In this document: one piece after another, positions 10,697-20,755 of the stretch
How the letters are laid out: the number at the start of each line of letters is the position of its first letter
How positions within the stretch are numbered: position 1 is the stretch's first letter
Source of the DNA: Negativicutes bacterium
GTDB lineage: Bacteria > Bacillota > Negativicutes > UBA1444
DNA: 64,000 bases
Direction of reading: 5' to 3'
NCBI GenBank assembly: GCA_963665275.2
Contig: CAXXIN010000007.1
Location: 288,001-352,000, forward strand
Notes under the pieces: model-generated
The model's input: the letters and a program-made list of their open reading frames with translations, nothing else
Told to the model about the DNA's origin: nothing
The model's database searches: none
Made by a program: the position numbers and the translations under genes

Positions 10697-10773
10697 TGGT
10701 CGGAGCGGCAGGATTCGAACCTGCGACCCCCTGCTCCCAAGGCAGGTGCTCTACCAAGCTGAGCCACGCCCCG
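10697..10773 (-). tRNA. tRNA-Pro(UGG)
   Basis: CGGGGCG acceptor stem, CCTGC-CT-TGG-GA-GCAGG, CCA. Confidence 0.96.
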
Positions 10774-10822
10774 TCGATGCGAGGTTTATTGTACTACAGA
10801 ATGTTTTCAAATGTCAAGCGCT

Positions 10823-12052
10823 TTATCGGCCGATACGAGCCGCAGCTCGCTCCCGAATGATTTCCGGGTCGATTTTTACACGAGCCACATCCGTTTCGAT
10901 CGCTACTTTCGCCACCGCTGCTGCAACAGCAGGTGCAACTCGGGGGTCGAACGCATCCACTACGACAAAATCATCCCGCAGATCTTTTTCCGGCAGCAGT
11001 TCGGCGATGGCATAGGCGGCGGCCAGCTTCATACCCTCCGTGATCCGGCGAGCCCGCACATCGAGAGCACCCCTGAACATACCAGGGAAAACGGTCACGT
11101 TGTTGGCCTGATTCGGCGCATCTGAACGCCCGGTCCCGACGACGCGGGCCCCAGCTTCCTTCGCTTCGGGGTACATGATTTCCGGCACCGGATTGGCCAT
11201 GCCCAGAACGATCGAATCCTTGGCCATTGTGCTGACGATTTCTTTGGTAAACAGGCCGGGCCCTGACGCACCGATCAAAACATCGGCGCCTTTAGCCAGG
11301 TCGACTAGGTTCCCTGTGAGTTTTCCCAGGTTGGTCGTCTTTGCCAATTGACTCTGAATGCGGTTCAAGTTCGGCATTCCATCATATAACGCACCCTGAA
11401 TATCTACCATGATCAGGTTTTTTGCCCCGGCACTGACCAGCAGCCGGCCGATAGCCGAGCCAGCCGCGCCAGCGCCGTTCATGATGATGCGTGCGGTAGC
11501 CAGATCCTTCTGGACCAGCCGCAATCCGCCAATCAATGTAGCCAGAGCCGCAATGGCCGTTCCGTGCTGATCATCATGAAATACCGGAATGTTCATCTGC
11601 TGAATCAGAGCATCTTCAATATCATAGCATTTGGGCGAAGAGATATCCTCCAAGTTGATGCCGCCGAAGGTCGGTTCGAGCCGTTTCACCATTTCAATAA
11701 ACTTATCCGGGTCTTTGGCATCGAGACAAATAGGAATCGCATCGACATCGCCGAACGTTTTGAACAATAAGGCTTTGCCTTCCATAACCGGCATGGCCGC
11801 GACCGGGCCGATGTCCCCCAGACCGAGGACACGTGTCCCGTCAGTCACAATGCCAACCATATTGCCCCTGCAAGTGAGTTCGAAAGAGAGGTCGGGATTC
11901 GCCTTGATGTCTTTGCAAGGCTCCGCTACACCCGGTGTATAAACTATGCTGAGGTCTTCCCTGGTAGCAAGCCTTGTCTTGGATCGGATCTCCAACAATC
12001 CCTGGTGCTTCCGTCGCAGTTTTAATGCTTCTTCGCGGATATCCATCTTCAT
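10823..12052 (-). CDS. NAD(P)-dependent malic enzyme
   Basis: YTPGVAEPC, GLGDIG, VMEGK, GGINLEDI, FHDDQHGT, GAGAAG, MANP, TGRSD. Confidence 0.96.
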   Translation of the reverse strand: MKMDIREEALKLRRKHQGLLEIRSKTRLATREDLSIVYTPGVAEPCKDIKANPDLSFELTCRGNMVGIVTDGTRVLGLGDIGPVAAMPVMEGKALLFKTFGDVDAIPICLDAKDPDKFIEMVKRLEPTFGGINLEDISSPKCYDIEDALIQQMNIPVFHDDQHGTAIAALATLIGGLRLVQKDLATARIIMNGAGAAGSAIGRLLVSAGAKNLIMVDIQGALYDGMPNLNRIQSQLAKTTNLGKLTGNLVDLAKGADVLIGASGPGLFTKEIVSTMAKDSIVLGMANPVPEIMYPEAKEAGARVVGTGRSDAPNQANNVTVFPGMFRGALDVRARRITEGMKLAAAYAIAELLPEKDLRDDFVVVDAFDPRVAPAVAAAVAKVAIETDVARVKIDPEIIRERAAARIGR

Positions 12053-12114
12053 CCCTCAGCTCTCGTCTTATTCGTCAGGCCAAGTCAAAGTTTCGCCTAA
12101 CGTTTAATTAATAA

Positions 12115-12141
12115 ATTCTACATGAAGATAACATTTCCTTT
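12115..12141 (-). promoter_or_regulatory. SigH-like promoter of the malic enzyme gene
   Basis: Minus strand AAAGGA-N17-GAAT. Confidence 0.55.
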
Positions 12142-12631
12142 AGATTATGGTAATAAGATGAGGAAGAATTCCTTCCCGCCCATCCTTTAACTCTATTACT
12201 CCGAAGGTTCGGTTTTTGCCGCGTCTCGGCATAGCGGCGCTGCCTGGGTTGATCAGCAACAGATTCGATTCCGTGATGATGCCAGGTTGGTGCGTATGTC
12301 CATAGACAACGATATCTGATTCATATTGGCGCGCCCAGTCCCTCAGTTCATCCAGATTTTGCTTCACGCCAAAGTGGTGGCCATGTGTCAGCCAGATGCG
12401 ATAGCCTGCCAATTCAATAAATTCATCCGGCTTCGCCTCACCCCTGCCGTCACAGTTGCCAGCCACTGATATTACTGGAATACCGGTGAGGGCAGTGAGC
12501 GAGCGCGCATCCCGGCAAAAATCTCCGGTATGCAGCCACAAATCGACCGGCTCCGTAAGAGCCACAGCCTGCCTGATGGAATGAATATCGCCATGAGTAT
12601 CGCCTATTATACCAACGAGCATTTCGGTCAA
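12140..12631 (-). CDS. Metallophosphoesterase, YfcE/YsnB family
   Basis: GDTHG, HTGD, GNCD, THGH, GHTH, NPGS. Confidence 0.93.
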   Translation of the reverse strand: MTEMLVGIIGDTHGDIHSIRQAVALTEPVDLWLHTGDFCRDARSLTALTGIPVISVAGNCDGRGEAKPDEFIELAGYRIWLTHGHHFGVKQNLDELRDWARQYESDIVVYGHTHQPGIITESNLLLINPGSAAMPRRGKNRTFGVIELKDGREGILPHLITII

Positions 12632-12633
12632 TC

Positions 12634-13227
12634 CTACCTATTTTCCTGCAGCAGTCGCCGTTTAAAAGCTTTGAGAGCATTTCCCCGGTGACTGATCCGG
12701 TTCTTTTCTTCGACAGTCATTTCAGCCAACGTCTTCTCATGATCAGGCATGAAAAACAAGGGGTCATATCCGAATCCGCCGGTCCCTCTCGCTTCAGCAA
12801 GGATCATGCCTTCACAGGCCCCTTCCGTCAGCAGCAAGCTGCCGTCCGGACCGGCAAGGGCCAGCACGCTTCGAAATCGTGCAGTTCTCTTCGCAGGCGG
12901 AACCTGTTGCAGCGCCTTCAATAGTTTTTGATTATTATCGGCATCGGATGCCCCTTCTCCGGCATAGCGGGCGGAATATACCCCCGGCTCGCCGCCGAGC
13001 GCATCCACTTCCAGCCCGGAATCGTCTGCCAGGCAGTACTCTCCGGTGCTTTGACAATACTGGCGGGCTTTGAGTATTGCATTTTCCTGGAAGGTCACGC
13101 CCGTCTCCTCAACATCCGGAATTCCATCATCCGGTAGGCCCACAACCTCAAACAGGCAATCTGCCAATGCCCTCTGAATCTCGCGGATTTTGCCGGCATT
13201 CCGGGTGCCGACGACGATTTTGTTCAT
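12634..13227 (-). CDS. rdgB: XTP/dITP diphosphatase
   Basis: TRNAGKIRE, ADDSGL, PGVYSAR, GFGYDP, SHRGNA. Confidence 0.95.
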   Translation of the reverse strand: MNKIVVGTRNAGKIREIQRALADCLFEVVGLPDDGIPDVEETGVTFQENAILKARQYCQSTGEYCLADDSGLEVDALGGEPGVYSARYAGEGASDADNNQKLLKALQQVPPAKRTARFRSVLALAGPDGSLLLTEGACEGMILAEARGTGGFGYDPLFFMPDHEKTLAEMTVEEKNRISHRGNALKAFKRRLLQENR

Positions 13228-13229
13228 TT

Positions 13230-13967
13230 TTATTTTCCCACCCGCTGTGCCAACGGCCCCAGCGCATCCCGCTGCATTTGCATCAGTCGCCCGATTCCCA
13301 GTTCTCCGAGCCGCAGCAGTTCGGTGAGTTCCTGTTTGTTGAACGGCGCCTTTTCACCAGTTCCCTGCACTTCGACGAAACTCCCCGCACCGGTCATCAC
13401 GAGGTTCATATCGACGATGGCCGACGAATCTTCGACATAGCAAAGATCCAATGCAGGCCCCTCAGGCAATACGCCGACACTTACCGCCGCCAAAAAATCC
13501 CGGACCGGGAAAGGCTTCGTCTCATCGAAACCCATTTTCACCAACGCATCGACCAGGGCGACAAAAGCGCCGGTTATTGAAGCAGTCCGTGTGCCGCCAT
13601 CCGCCTGGATCACATCACAGTCAATCCAGATCGTGCGTTCCCCCAACGCTTTCATATCGACGACGCTGCGCAGTGAGCGGCCGATCAGTCGCTGGATTTC
13701 ATGGGTCCGCCCCGTCAGTTTGCCCTTGACAGCTTCCCGTTGGTTCCGTGTGCCTGTCGAACGAGGCAATAGCGAGTATTCAGCCGTGATCCAGCCGCTG
13801 CCGCTTCCCTTGAGAAAAGGAGGCACCTTCTCCTCAACGCTGGCGCTGCACAATACACGAGTGTCCCCCACTTCGATCATCACCGATCCTTCGGCAAACT
13901 TCAGGTAATTTCGCATCATCGTCACCGGGCGCAGATCGTCATAGGCCCGTCCATCCACTCTGTTCAT
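13230..13967 (-). CDS. rph: Ribonuclease PH
   Basis: [38 protein letters not shown]. Confidence 0.97.
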   Translation of the reverse strand: MNRVDGRAYDDLRPVTMMRNYLKFAEGSVMIEVGDTRVLCSASVEEKVPPFLKGSGSGWITAEYSLLPRSTGTRNQREAVKGKLTGRTHEIQRLIGRSLRSVVDMKALGERTIWIDCDVIQADGGTRTASITGAFVALVDALVKMGFDETKPFPVRDFLAAVSVGVLPEGPALDLCYVEDSSAIVDMNLVMTGAGSFVEVQGTGEKAPFNKQELTELLRLGELGIGRLMQMQRDALGPLAQRVGK

Positions 13968-13985
13968 AAATAATTTTCCACCTTT

Positions 13986-14750
13986 CTATCCATTTTGCGG
14001 CTGCATATTAACAGCACAACCAATCGCCCCATTCAGTTGAGGATACCGAGGCACGACCAGACATCCGCCAATCTCCTCCCGAACCCAGTGAGCTACCGCC
14101 TCTCCGATGGCGACACCTCCAGTGAAAACAATGGTATCGCTTGCCAGAGATACCAACATCGGCTTGATACGACGGAAAATGGAATAGTTCACACCAGCAG
14201 CCAGTTCCGGCAGAGGAGCCCCTTCCACGATCCTGCCGATCAATTCGGATTCGCCGAAAATGGCGCAGGTCGCGGACAGCTCCACGGGATTCTCATAATA
14301 GCCGCTGAGTTCATCCAGTGAGATACCCAGGACCGCGGCCATATTTTCCAGATAGCGCCCCGTACTTGCCGCACATTTATCGTTCAGCAGGAAATCATCC
14401 ATCCGACCGTTTCTCACGCGAATTACCTTGCTGTCCTGCCCGCCGAGATCAAGCAGCGTAAAATCCTTCAGCCCGGTTTGCCATACGGCGCCGAGCATAT
14501 GCGCCTTCAATTCGGAAATAATCGTTGCCCCCGCGATATTCAGAGAGTTGCGGCCATAACCGGTCACGGTAACGGCTGTAGGCGCCTCCGACAACAATCC
14601 CGCAAAATCGACCGTGAACCCAGCCTTGGTATAAACGCCGCATTTTTTGTAAAAATGGGCAGTTTCGACTATTTTTTCTTCCCGCAGCTCCCCGCCGTCA
14701 AACAAAACCAGCTTAACAGCGCGACTGCCGAGGTCCATCCCACAGAGCAC
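13986..14750 (-). CDS. 2-hydroxyacyl-CoA dehydratase activase (HgdC-like, ASKHA [4Fe-4S])
   Basis: GMDLGS, TGYGR, DLGGQDSK, NDKCAASTGRYLE, CAIFGESE, TGGVA, GAIG. Confidence 0.93.
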   Translation of the reverse strand: MLCGMDLGSRAVKLVLFDGGELREEKIVETAHFYKKCGVYTKAGFTVDFAGLLSEAPTAVTVTGYGRNSLNIAGATIISELKAHMLGAVWQTGLKDFTLLDLGGQDSKVIRVRNGRMDDFLLNDKCAASTGRYLENMAAVLGISLDELSGYYENPVELSATCAIFGESELIGRIVEGAPLPELAAGVNYSIFRRIKPMLVSLASDTIVFTGGVAIGEAVAHWVREEIGGCLVVPRYPQLNGAIGCAVNMQPQNG

Positions 14751-14760
14751 GAGTCATCCC

Positions 14761-15738
14761 TCACTTCAACATTTCAATAAATCCATCGACTCGCAGGCGT
14801 GTCCGCGCATCCATACAACCGGGTTTATCCCCTTCAATCGTCAGGATGGGAACCTTGAGCTTTTTCCGTACAATGATATCCTCGATCTGTCGGTAGCAAA
14901 AGCTCTGCACGTAATGAATCACACCATCCAGCTGCCGTCGCTCGATTTCGGCCTGGATATCGTCGAGTCGGCCAAAGATTCCGTACGGATAAGTGTACCG
15001 CCGATACTGCTCAATGATATCCGGCTCATCGTACGGCATGGCGAACTGTCGCTGGACCTCGTTGAACACCACACGCGCATCCATGGATTCGACATAGGAG
15101 TATAGGTCTGTAAAAATCGGCGGCACCCCGATGTACCCCAGACGCAGTCCTTCCCGCCTGACCGGGGCCTGCGCAGCCTGTTCCAGAAACGAGTCCACCT
15201 CTGCTTCAAATCGGGTTACGTCGCTGTTGAAATCGCTGCAGCTGACCTGGAACAAATGGTTGTCTGTTCCACTCACCCTGTTTTCCTGCCAGGTCAGGCG
15301 GTCGATTTCAGCGACCTTGCGGCGCAGTCGGTCCACATCCGCTTTGACGGCCATGACCCGATCCCAGTCGGTTCCCATTGCTTCCAGCATTTTATTCATC
15401 TGCAGGCGCAGCAGGTCCACATCACGATCAAACGGATAGGCGAAAGGGATCACGCGGACACCCGCCATCTGCCAGGTTTCCATCAATGCATGCGTGTTGC
15501 TGCAGTCTCCCTGGGTCACGGCAATCACCGCATCCACGCAGTCTGAACCGACGACCGTAGAATACAGGCCTTTGATCCAGCCGCAAATGTTGCGGGGATA
15601 GCCTGCGTCTTCCGCCGCTTCTACCCTTCGGGCCGGTTCCGCACCCGTTATGAATACATTATTCAGGTCAACTGGGACATGCCCTGCCGCCAGGATGACC
15701 TCCACAGGCACTGTTGTTGTCATGCCGATCCGAGCCAA
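14761..15738 (-). CDS. 2-hydroxyacyl-CoA dehydratase family protein (HgdD-like)
   Basis: NICGWIKG, QGDCS, QSFC, IEGD, RTRLRVDGFIEML; adjacent to the activase. Confidence 0.88.
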   Translation of the reverse strand: MARIGMTTTVPVEVILAAGHVPVDLNNVFITGAEPARRVEAAEDAGYPRNICGWIKGLYSTVVGSDCVDAVIAVTQGDCSNTHALMETWQMAGVRVIPFAYPFDRDVDLLRLQMNKMLEAMGTDWDRVMAVKADVDRLRRKVAEIDRLTWQENRVSGTDNHLFQVSCSDFNSDVTRFEAEVDSFLEQAAQAPVRREGLRLGYIGVPPIFTDLYSYVESMDARVVFNEVQRQFAMPYDEPDIIEQYRRYTYPYGIFGRLDDIQAEIERRQLDGVIHYVQSFCYRQIEDIIVRKKLKVPILTIEGDKPGCMDARTRLRVDGFIEMLK

Positions 15739-15807
15739 ACCATTCGCCCCCTCTGGTATCCAATTATACTATGCTTTGCCATAAATAAAAAAAGAGGATA
15801 GCCGGCG

Positions 15808-16479
15808 CTATCCTCGGGCTGCGGCAGCTGCCGCATAATTTTTGATGATAACGATCGGGGTCTGCTGGTTCGCATTGCCGAAAGGATTATCGATGAGGAT
15901 CCGAGCCAGTTCCTTGGGGTCCAGCCCCTGGGAAACTCCGAGCACCGCCGCGCGCTTCAGGTCGTTGACATCTGCCACGGCAGCTCCGTAGCAACCCAAC
16001 CGCTCCCGTATCGCTTCAGCTACCTTGGACGGTTCTTTCGGTCCGAAAACCAGAACCTTGTCAAACGGCGGCATCGTGCCGGTTACATCATCAATCAGCG
16101 CCGCCTGTTCTCCCGCCATCATGTAAAAAACCCCCGCTTTGCCGAAAACCTTTGCAATACCGCCAGCCAAAAACGCCATGACCACCCGCAGGGTTCCCCC
16201 CTCATCCATCGTCGCCTGCATCCCGCAAGGGCTCGAACAGCTCGAATCTCGATGGACAAAACGGCTCAATACGATTGCCAGCGTGCTGGGGTCCATATCC
16301 TCCGGCCTCCGGTAACGCCCCTGGGTAATAGCCAGAACGCTTTCCGCGACGGAAACCACATCATCCGGCCCCATCTGGGGGCCCGCATATTTCTCTATCA
16401 CATCCACAATATCGTCCCGTTTGGTAACAATATGGGTTTTAACCGGTATCAGTTCCACTTTCCCTTGTTCCACTGCCAT
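15808..16479 (-). CDS. CofE-like (F420-0:gamma-glutamyl ligase family) protein
   Basis: VSVAESVLAITQG, IDDVTGT, ADVNDL, DNPFGNANQQTPIVII. Confidence 0.75.
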   Translation of the reverse strand: MAVEQGKVELIPVKTHIVTKRDDIVDVIEKYAGPQMGPDDVVSVAESVLAITQGRYRRPEDMDPSTLAIVLSRFVHRDSSCSSPCGMQATMDEGGTLRVVMAFLAGGIAKVFGKAGVFYMMAGEQAALIDDVTGTMPPFDKVLVFGPKEPSKVAEAIRERLGCYGAAVADVNDLKRAAVLGVSQGLDPKELARILIDNPFGNANQQTPIVIIKNYAAAAAARG

Positions 16480-16484
16480 GCCTC

Positions 16485-17030
16485 CTACTTCTGCCCCCCG
16501 GCGGTTTTGATCGCGCTCTGGAATTCCTCTATTGGAAGGTCAACCATCACCTTCGTAATATACCAGTCGGAACGGCCCACTACCTGATAAATAACATTGA
16601 GCGGCAAATCCACCATCTGCTCCATCGCCTGGCGGATATCACCGCCGCGGGCATCGAATCGCAGCGTGATCAGCGCCACATCGTTGTCAATCTTGTCCAT
16701 TGGGAATAATGCCGACTCCCAGTACCCATCATTACGGGGGCAGGAGACAGCCGTAACCCGGGTCGTCAGTTCGGCCGCCGAAAACTGTTCACAGGGCAGC
16801 CAAGGCCGCGCCAATACATCCATGAGAGTCCCCTGTTGAGATCCCCGGTTGCGAAAAGGCAACTTGAAGGAAAATTCCATTTGATCGGCGGTTTCCGATT
16901 CCAAAACCAATTTGGACCGATTCGCCACATCAAAGACAAAATCAGCATCCCCTTGTTTCCAGATAAACAATGCTACAGCCAGTATCACTAGTCCCACAAA
17001 TGCCAAACCGTATCCCAAAATCACCAGCAC
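16485..17030 (-). CDS. Membrane-anchored hypothetical protein
   Basis: Single N-terminal TM helix; tight coupling to both neighbours. Confidence 0.7.
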   Translation of the reverse strand: MLVILGYGLAFVGLVILAVALFIWKQGDADFVFDVANRSKLVLESETADQMEFSFKLPFRNRGSQQGTLMDVLARPWLPCEQFSAAELTTRVTAVSCPRNDGYWESALFPMDKIDNDVALITLRFDARGGDIRQAMEQMVDLPLNVIYQVVGRSDWYITKVMVDLPIEEFQSAIKTAGGQK

Positions 17031-17452
17031 TATGCCACTCCCCCATTTTCAGCTTGCCGCGCAGCGCTAATCCTATCATAGTAAATCTGCGGCAACCGGA
17101 TAATCCGGCCTTTCTCATCAGTGAATACATTCTGTGTCGATCCCTCTGCGAGCAATACGTCATCTTCGTCTCGCAGTACACGGTACGAGAAGCACAACTT
17201 GGCCCGGGAAAAATCAGCCAGCGTCGCTTCGATGCGGATCGTCTCGTCAAAATGAGCCGATTGTCGATATTTGCACTGAACATCGGTTATAGGAAACAAT
17301 ACGCCGTCCGCTATCAAATCCGGCAACAACACATTGGCTCTGCGCAGATATTCTACGCGGGCCATCTCAAACCAGCACAGATAATTGGAGTGATGAACTA
17401 CTCCCATCATGTCTGTCTCGACGAAACGGACTCTGTCCCGAACCACAATCAT
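17030..17452 (-). CDS. Acyl-CoA thioesterase, YbgC/FadM family
   Basis: VRFVETDMMGVVHHSNYLCWFEMAR. Confidence 0.93.
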   Translation of the reverse strand: MIVVRDRVRFVETDMMGVVHHSNYLCWFEMARVEYLRRANVLLPDLIADGVLFPITDVQCKYRQSAHFDETIRIEATLADFSRAKLCFSYRVLRDEDDVLLAEGSTQNVFTDEKGRIIRLPQIYYDRISAARQAENGGVA

Positions 17453-17456
17453 CGCT

Positions 17457-17888
17457 TCACCCCTTTTGTCCTTTAGGTCCGGCAGCGATTTCCAGGATCC
17501 GGGCGGCGGCTTCTCGAATATTACTCACGAGAGGCCTGTTCTCCATGCCGACGATTTCGAAATGCCCTTGGCTAACCGGCACCAACACTTTCCGAGCATT
17601 GGAAGAGGCAATCGCGTCCGCCATGCGAGGCGTGATTTCACCCATTAACGCATTGGGCATAACGATCCCGATCGGTCCGGCGATGACATCGGCGCTGCCG
17701 GCCATCACGCAGACGGAGTTTTCTCCCGTGGCGCCTCGCGAAGCTCCGGCTTTTATCATCGCCTGGGTTGCCCAGGCGTTGGTACCGACGCATACAATTT
17801 CAGTTCCGACGCCCAGCTGGCTGGTTAGTTGCGACACCAGCTGGGCGCCGATGCCTCCACCCATACCGTCAATCACGACGATCAGCAT
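17457..17888 (-). CDS. DUF3842-like protein
   Basis: IVVIDGMGGGIG, GTNAWATQAMIKAGA, GATGEN, GEITP. Confidence 0.8.
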   Translation of the reverse strand: MLIVVIDGMGGGIGAQLVSQLTSQLGVGTEIVCVGTNAWATQAMIKAGASRGATGENSVCVMAGSADVIAGPIGIVMPNALMGEITPRMADAIASSNARKVLVPVSQGHFEIVGMENRPLVSNIREAAARILEIAAGPKGQKG

Positions 17889-17965
17889 GTCCGTCACCCC
17901 CTGTCCCATAGGCAAATCACCTGCAATGTAAAAAAAGCACGCTTCCGCATGCACTTAATGACTTT

Positions 17966-18040
17966 TGGTGCGCCCGGCTGGAATCGAACCAGCGCTCCCG
18001 GCTCCGGAGGCCGGTGCTCTATCCCCTGAGCTACGGGCGC
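17966..18040 (-). tRNA. tRNA-Arg(CCG)
   Basis: GCGCCCG acceptor stem, CCGGC-CT-CCG-GA-GCCGG, CCA. Confidence 0.96.
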
Positions 18041-18178
18041 AATCAATAATGTTGTCTATTGCCGGAATTGATTATAGCATAGGAAATCCGGCCTGTCCAT
18101 CATCGAGGTTAAATCCGTAAAAAAATAACAACATCATGCTATAATATTACGCAGTAAGGTTTCGGAGGTTTTTTTACA

Positions 18179-19363
18179 TTGTTTAACTTTAACTCAAAAG
18201 TTTCTTGGCGGCCTCAGCCCTTGTTATTGTTGTCCCTAAGTCACATGGTCACAGACCTGAGCCAGGGAGCTCTGCCAATCTTATTACCTTCACTGAAAAC
18301 AGCCCTGGATCTCTCTTATACACAAATCGGCATTATTGTACTGGTTCAAAACATCACTTCTTCCATTATTCAGCCAATTTTCGGGATGATTACGGATAAA
18401 GTATCGTTACCCTGGCTACTGCCCCTCAGCGTGTTCCTGTCCGGATTAGGAATGGCGATCACCGGATTAATGCACACTTATGGGATGGTATTGCTGGCGG
18501 TGGTTATAGGCGGGCTGGGTGTCGCCGGCTTCCATCCGCAGGCTTCCAAATCGGTCCATTTCGTAAGTGCGGAAGCGCTTCGTGGAAGGAGCATGGGACT
18601 GTTCTCCGTCGGCGGCAACTTTGGCATGGCCATAGGTGCTACGTTCATGATGTTGCTCATTACGTTGCCGGGAGGGCTTTACAATACGGCCTGGTTTATG
18701 ATTCCCGGTTCCATCACTGCCTTGTTGCTGTGGCGCCATCTCGACAAAGTATCGCCCCAATCCTTTCATCGACCCGGAACTAAATCCCCTGCCTCCGCGA
18801 AATCAATCAAGATGACTCCCCTGCTGGTCTTGTTGACCTTTATCTTCTGCCGCTCGACGCTGCACTCCGGCTTATCGACTTACATCCCCATCTATTACGT
18901 CAATTATTTGAATGGTAGCCCTGTCTATGCCGGGTACCTGCTGTCCCTTTTCCTCATCGGCGGTGTCTTCGGCACCTTCATTGGTGCCATGCTGTCTGAT
19001 AAATTCGGCCGCAAAACCATCATCACCCTATCCATGGCGGTCGTTTTCCCGATGGTTGTAGCCATCCCTTTCACCAGCGGAATCATGACGATGATATTAT
19101 TGATCTTTACCGGCTTTGCCCTGATTTCCTCCTTCGCCACCACCTTGGTTCTCTCGCAGGAGCTGATGCCTGGCTACGAAGGAATGGCCTCCGGGTTGAC
19201 GATCGGTCTTACCATAGGTCTCGGGGGCGTCGGGGTGACTGCGCTGGGCTATATCGCAGACCTATCAGGAATTCCCGCAGTATTCAACGTCATGCCGGTC
19301 CTGCCGGTTCTGGGCGGCCTGCTGGCAATGTTTTTGCCAGGACGATTATTTCACCGCGATTGA
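18179..19363 (+). CDS. MFS transporter (Fsr-like)
   Basis: About 12 TM helices, QPIFGMITD, GFHP, GGNFG, LSDKFGRK. Confidence 0.9.
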   Translation: MFNFNSKVSWRPQPLLLLSLSHMVTDLSQGALPILLPSLKTALDLSYTQIGIIVLVQNITSSIIQPIFGMITDKVSLPWLLPLSVFLSGLGMAITGLMHTYGMVLLAVVIGGLGVAGFHPQASKSVHFVSAEALRGRSMGLFSVGGNFGMAIGATFMMLLITLPGGLYNTAWFMIPGSITALLLWRHLDKVSPQSFHRPGTKSPASAKSIKMTPLLVLLTFIFCRSTLHSGLSTYIPIYYVNYLNGSPVYAGYLLSLFLIGGVFGTFIGAMLSDKFGRKTIITLSMAVVFPMVVAIPFTSGIMTMILLIFTGFALISSFATTLVLSQELMPGYEGMASGLTIGLTIGLGGVGVTALGYIADLSGIPAVFNVMPVLPVLGGLLAMFLPGRLFHRD

Positions 19364-19380
19364 TTCTGCGATTTGAGACA

Positions 19381-19408
19381 AAAGGATTTTCTTTTTTGCG
19401 CGTCGAAT
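19381..19408 (+). promoter_or_regulatory. SigH-like promoter
   Basis: AAAGGATTTT...GTCGAAT about 50 bp before the next start codon. Confidence 0.6.
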
Positions 19409-19457
19409 GAATGTTTGTTCCCAAAGAAATACATAGAAGTATAAGGAGGCCGCACAG

Positions 19458-20104
19458 ATGAAACAATTTATCCAATGGCACAATGACACCTTCGGTGAAA
19501 AAGTTGTCAAGGCTCTCGAAAAAAACAATTTCCAGGCCTATTACGTTGCAACCCGCGCAGCTGCAATTGAAAAAGTTAACTCCCTGATTCCCGCCGGCGC
19601 CACTGTCGGTGTAGGTGGATCCTGGACCCTAAAAGAGATGGGCATCCCCGAACAATTGGAAAAAGACGGCCACGAAGTATATGACCATAACAAACCCGGA
19701 CTAACCATGGAAGAATCCATGTCGCTACGGCGCAAGGAACTTCTGTGTGACGTCTTCCATCTCCGGCACCAATGCGATCACAATGGATGGTCAGCTGGTG
19801 AACACGGATGGATCAGGCAACCGGGTCGCAGCCATGAGCTTCGGTCCGAAGAAAGTAGTCGTCCGTTGTCGGTGTGAATAAAATCGTTTGCAGATCTAGA
19901 CGCAGCCATGGAACGCATCGAAAATGTACGCCGCCCCCATCAACAATAAACGTCTCGACCGGGCCCAACCCCTGCACCGTCACCGGGCACATGCATGGAT
20001 TGTCAGGGTGCGACCCGCATCTGCAATATTACGACCATTCTGCACAAAAAACCGCCGACAATTGATTTCCATGTTGTCATCGTTGAGAAGAACTCGGCTT
20101 CTAA
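19458..20104 (+). pseudogene. LutC/YkgG (LUD domain) protein, broken by several frameshifts (likely sequencing errors)
   Basis: Motifs [33 protein letters not shown]...CMDC...RICN are spread over different frames. Confidence 0.75.
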
Positions 20105-20281
20105 GAAATGGTTCTGACCCCTTATATTTTCAGATTTAAAGGCGCTTCGGTTCAGGCTTGAACCGAAGCGCCTTTCATATACACTATTATCACAGATCTT
20201 GGCCTCTGTCTTACTGCGATACATCCAAAATCTTACGAGTTTTTTCACACAATATTCATTTCGTTAAAACCAGAAATCGAT

Positions 20282-20644
20282 TCATATTTTTTTTGCTGCG
20301 TCCGCCACCAGTTGAGGATCGCTTTCCAGTTGATAAGAATTGAGGATGTTTTTGATTCGCTCATTAAAACCGTTATCAACGGCTTCGGCCAGAACAGGGG
20401 CTTGAACCTGCGCCGGAGCGACCTTACTCTCCTTGCTTTTCGTGTTGACGGTATATCCGGACAAATCTTTTCCGATGATTTTACTGGCTTCCACCATATT
20501 CGCTTCGCGCAGAAACTTTTTGAACTGTGTCTTGGTATCATTCGAAAGGCTCTTATAATCCCGCATGAAATCTTCGCGTTCATCCTTCGGAACCTGTTTG
20601 CGTATATTGCGAATTTCAGCAGGGTAATCAAAAAGTCCAAACAT
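20282..20644 (-). CDS. Hypothetical protein
   Basis: 120-aa ORF with RBS AGGAG and natural composition. Confidence 0.65.
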   Translation of the reverse strand: MFGLFDYPAEIRNIRKQVPKDEREDFMRDYKSLSNDTKTQFKKFLREANMVEASKIIGKDLSGYTVNTKSKESKVAPAQVQAPVLAEAVDNGFNERIKNILNSYQLESDPQLVADAAKKI

Positions 20645-20755
20645 CTCCTATATTCCCCCCGTCACTATCCTTCGTAAAGGATGCCTACAATTTATTTATC
20701 GCAATCTAGCCCAGGGAACATAAGAGTTAAGCGTAATATTTCAACTTTCGCCCCA

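Noticed and set aside
10439-11015. ORFs overlapping the tRNA cluster (also 17829-18029 and 62633-62959)
   Set aside because: Spurious translations of tRNA and tmRNA genes.
19750-20100. Multiple frameshifts in the lutC-like gene as true pseudogenisation or recoding
   Set aside because: Clustered single-base indels with otherwise conserved residues look like low-quality consensus.
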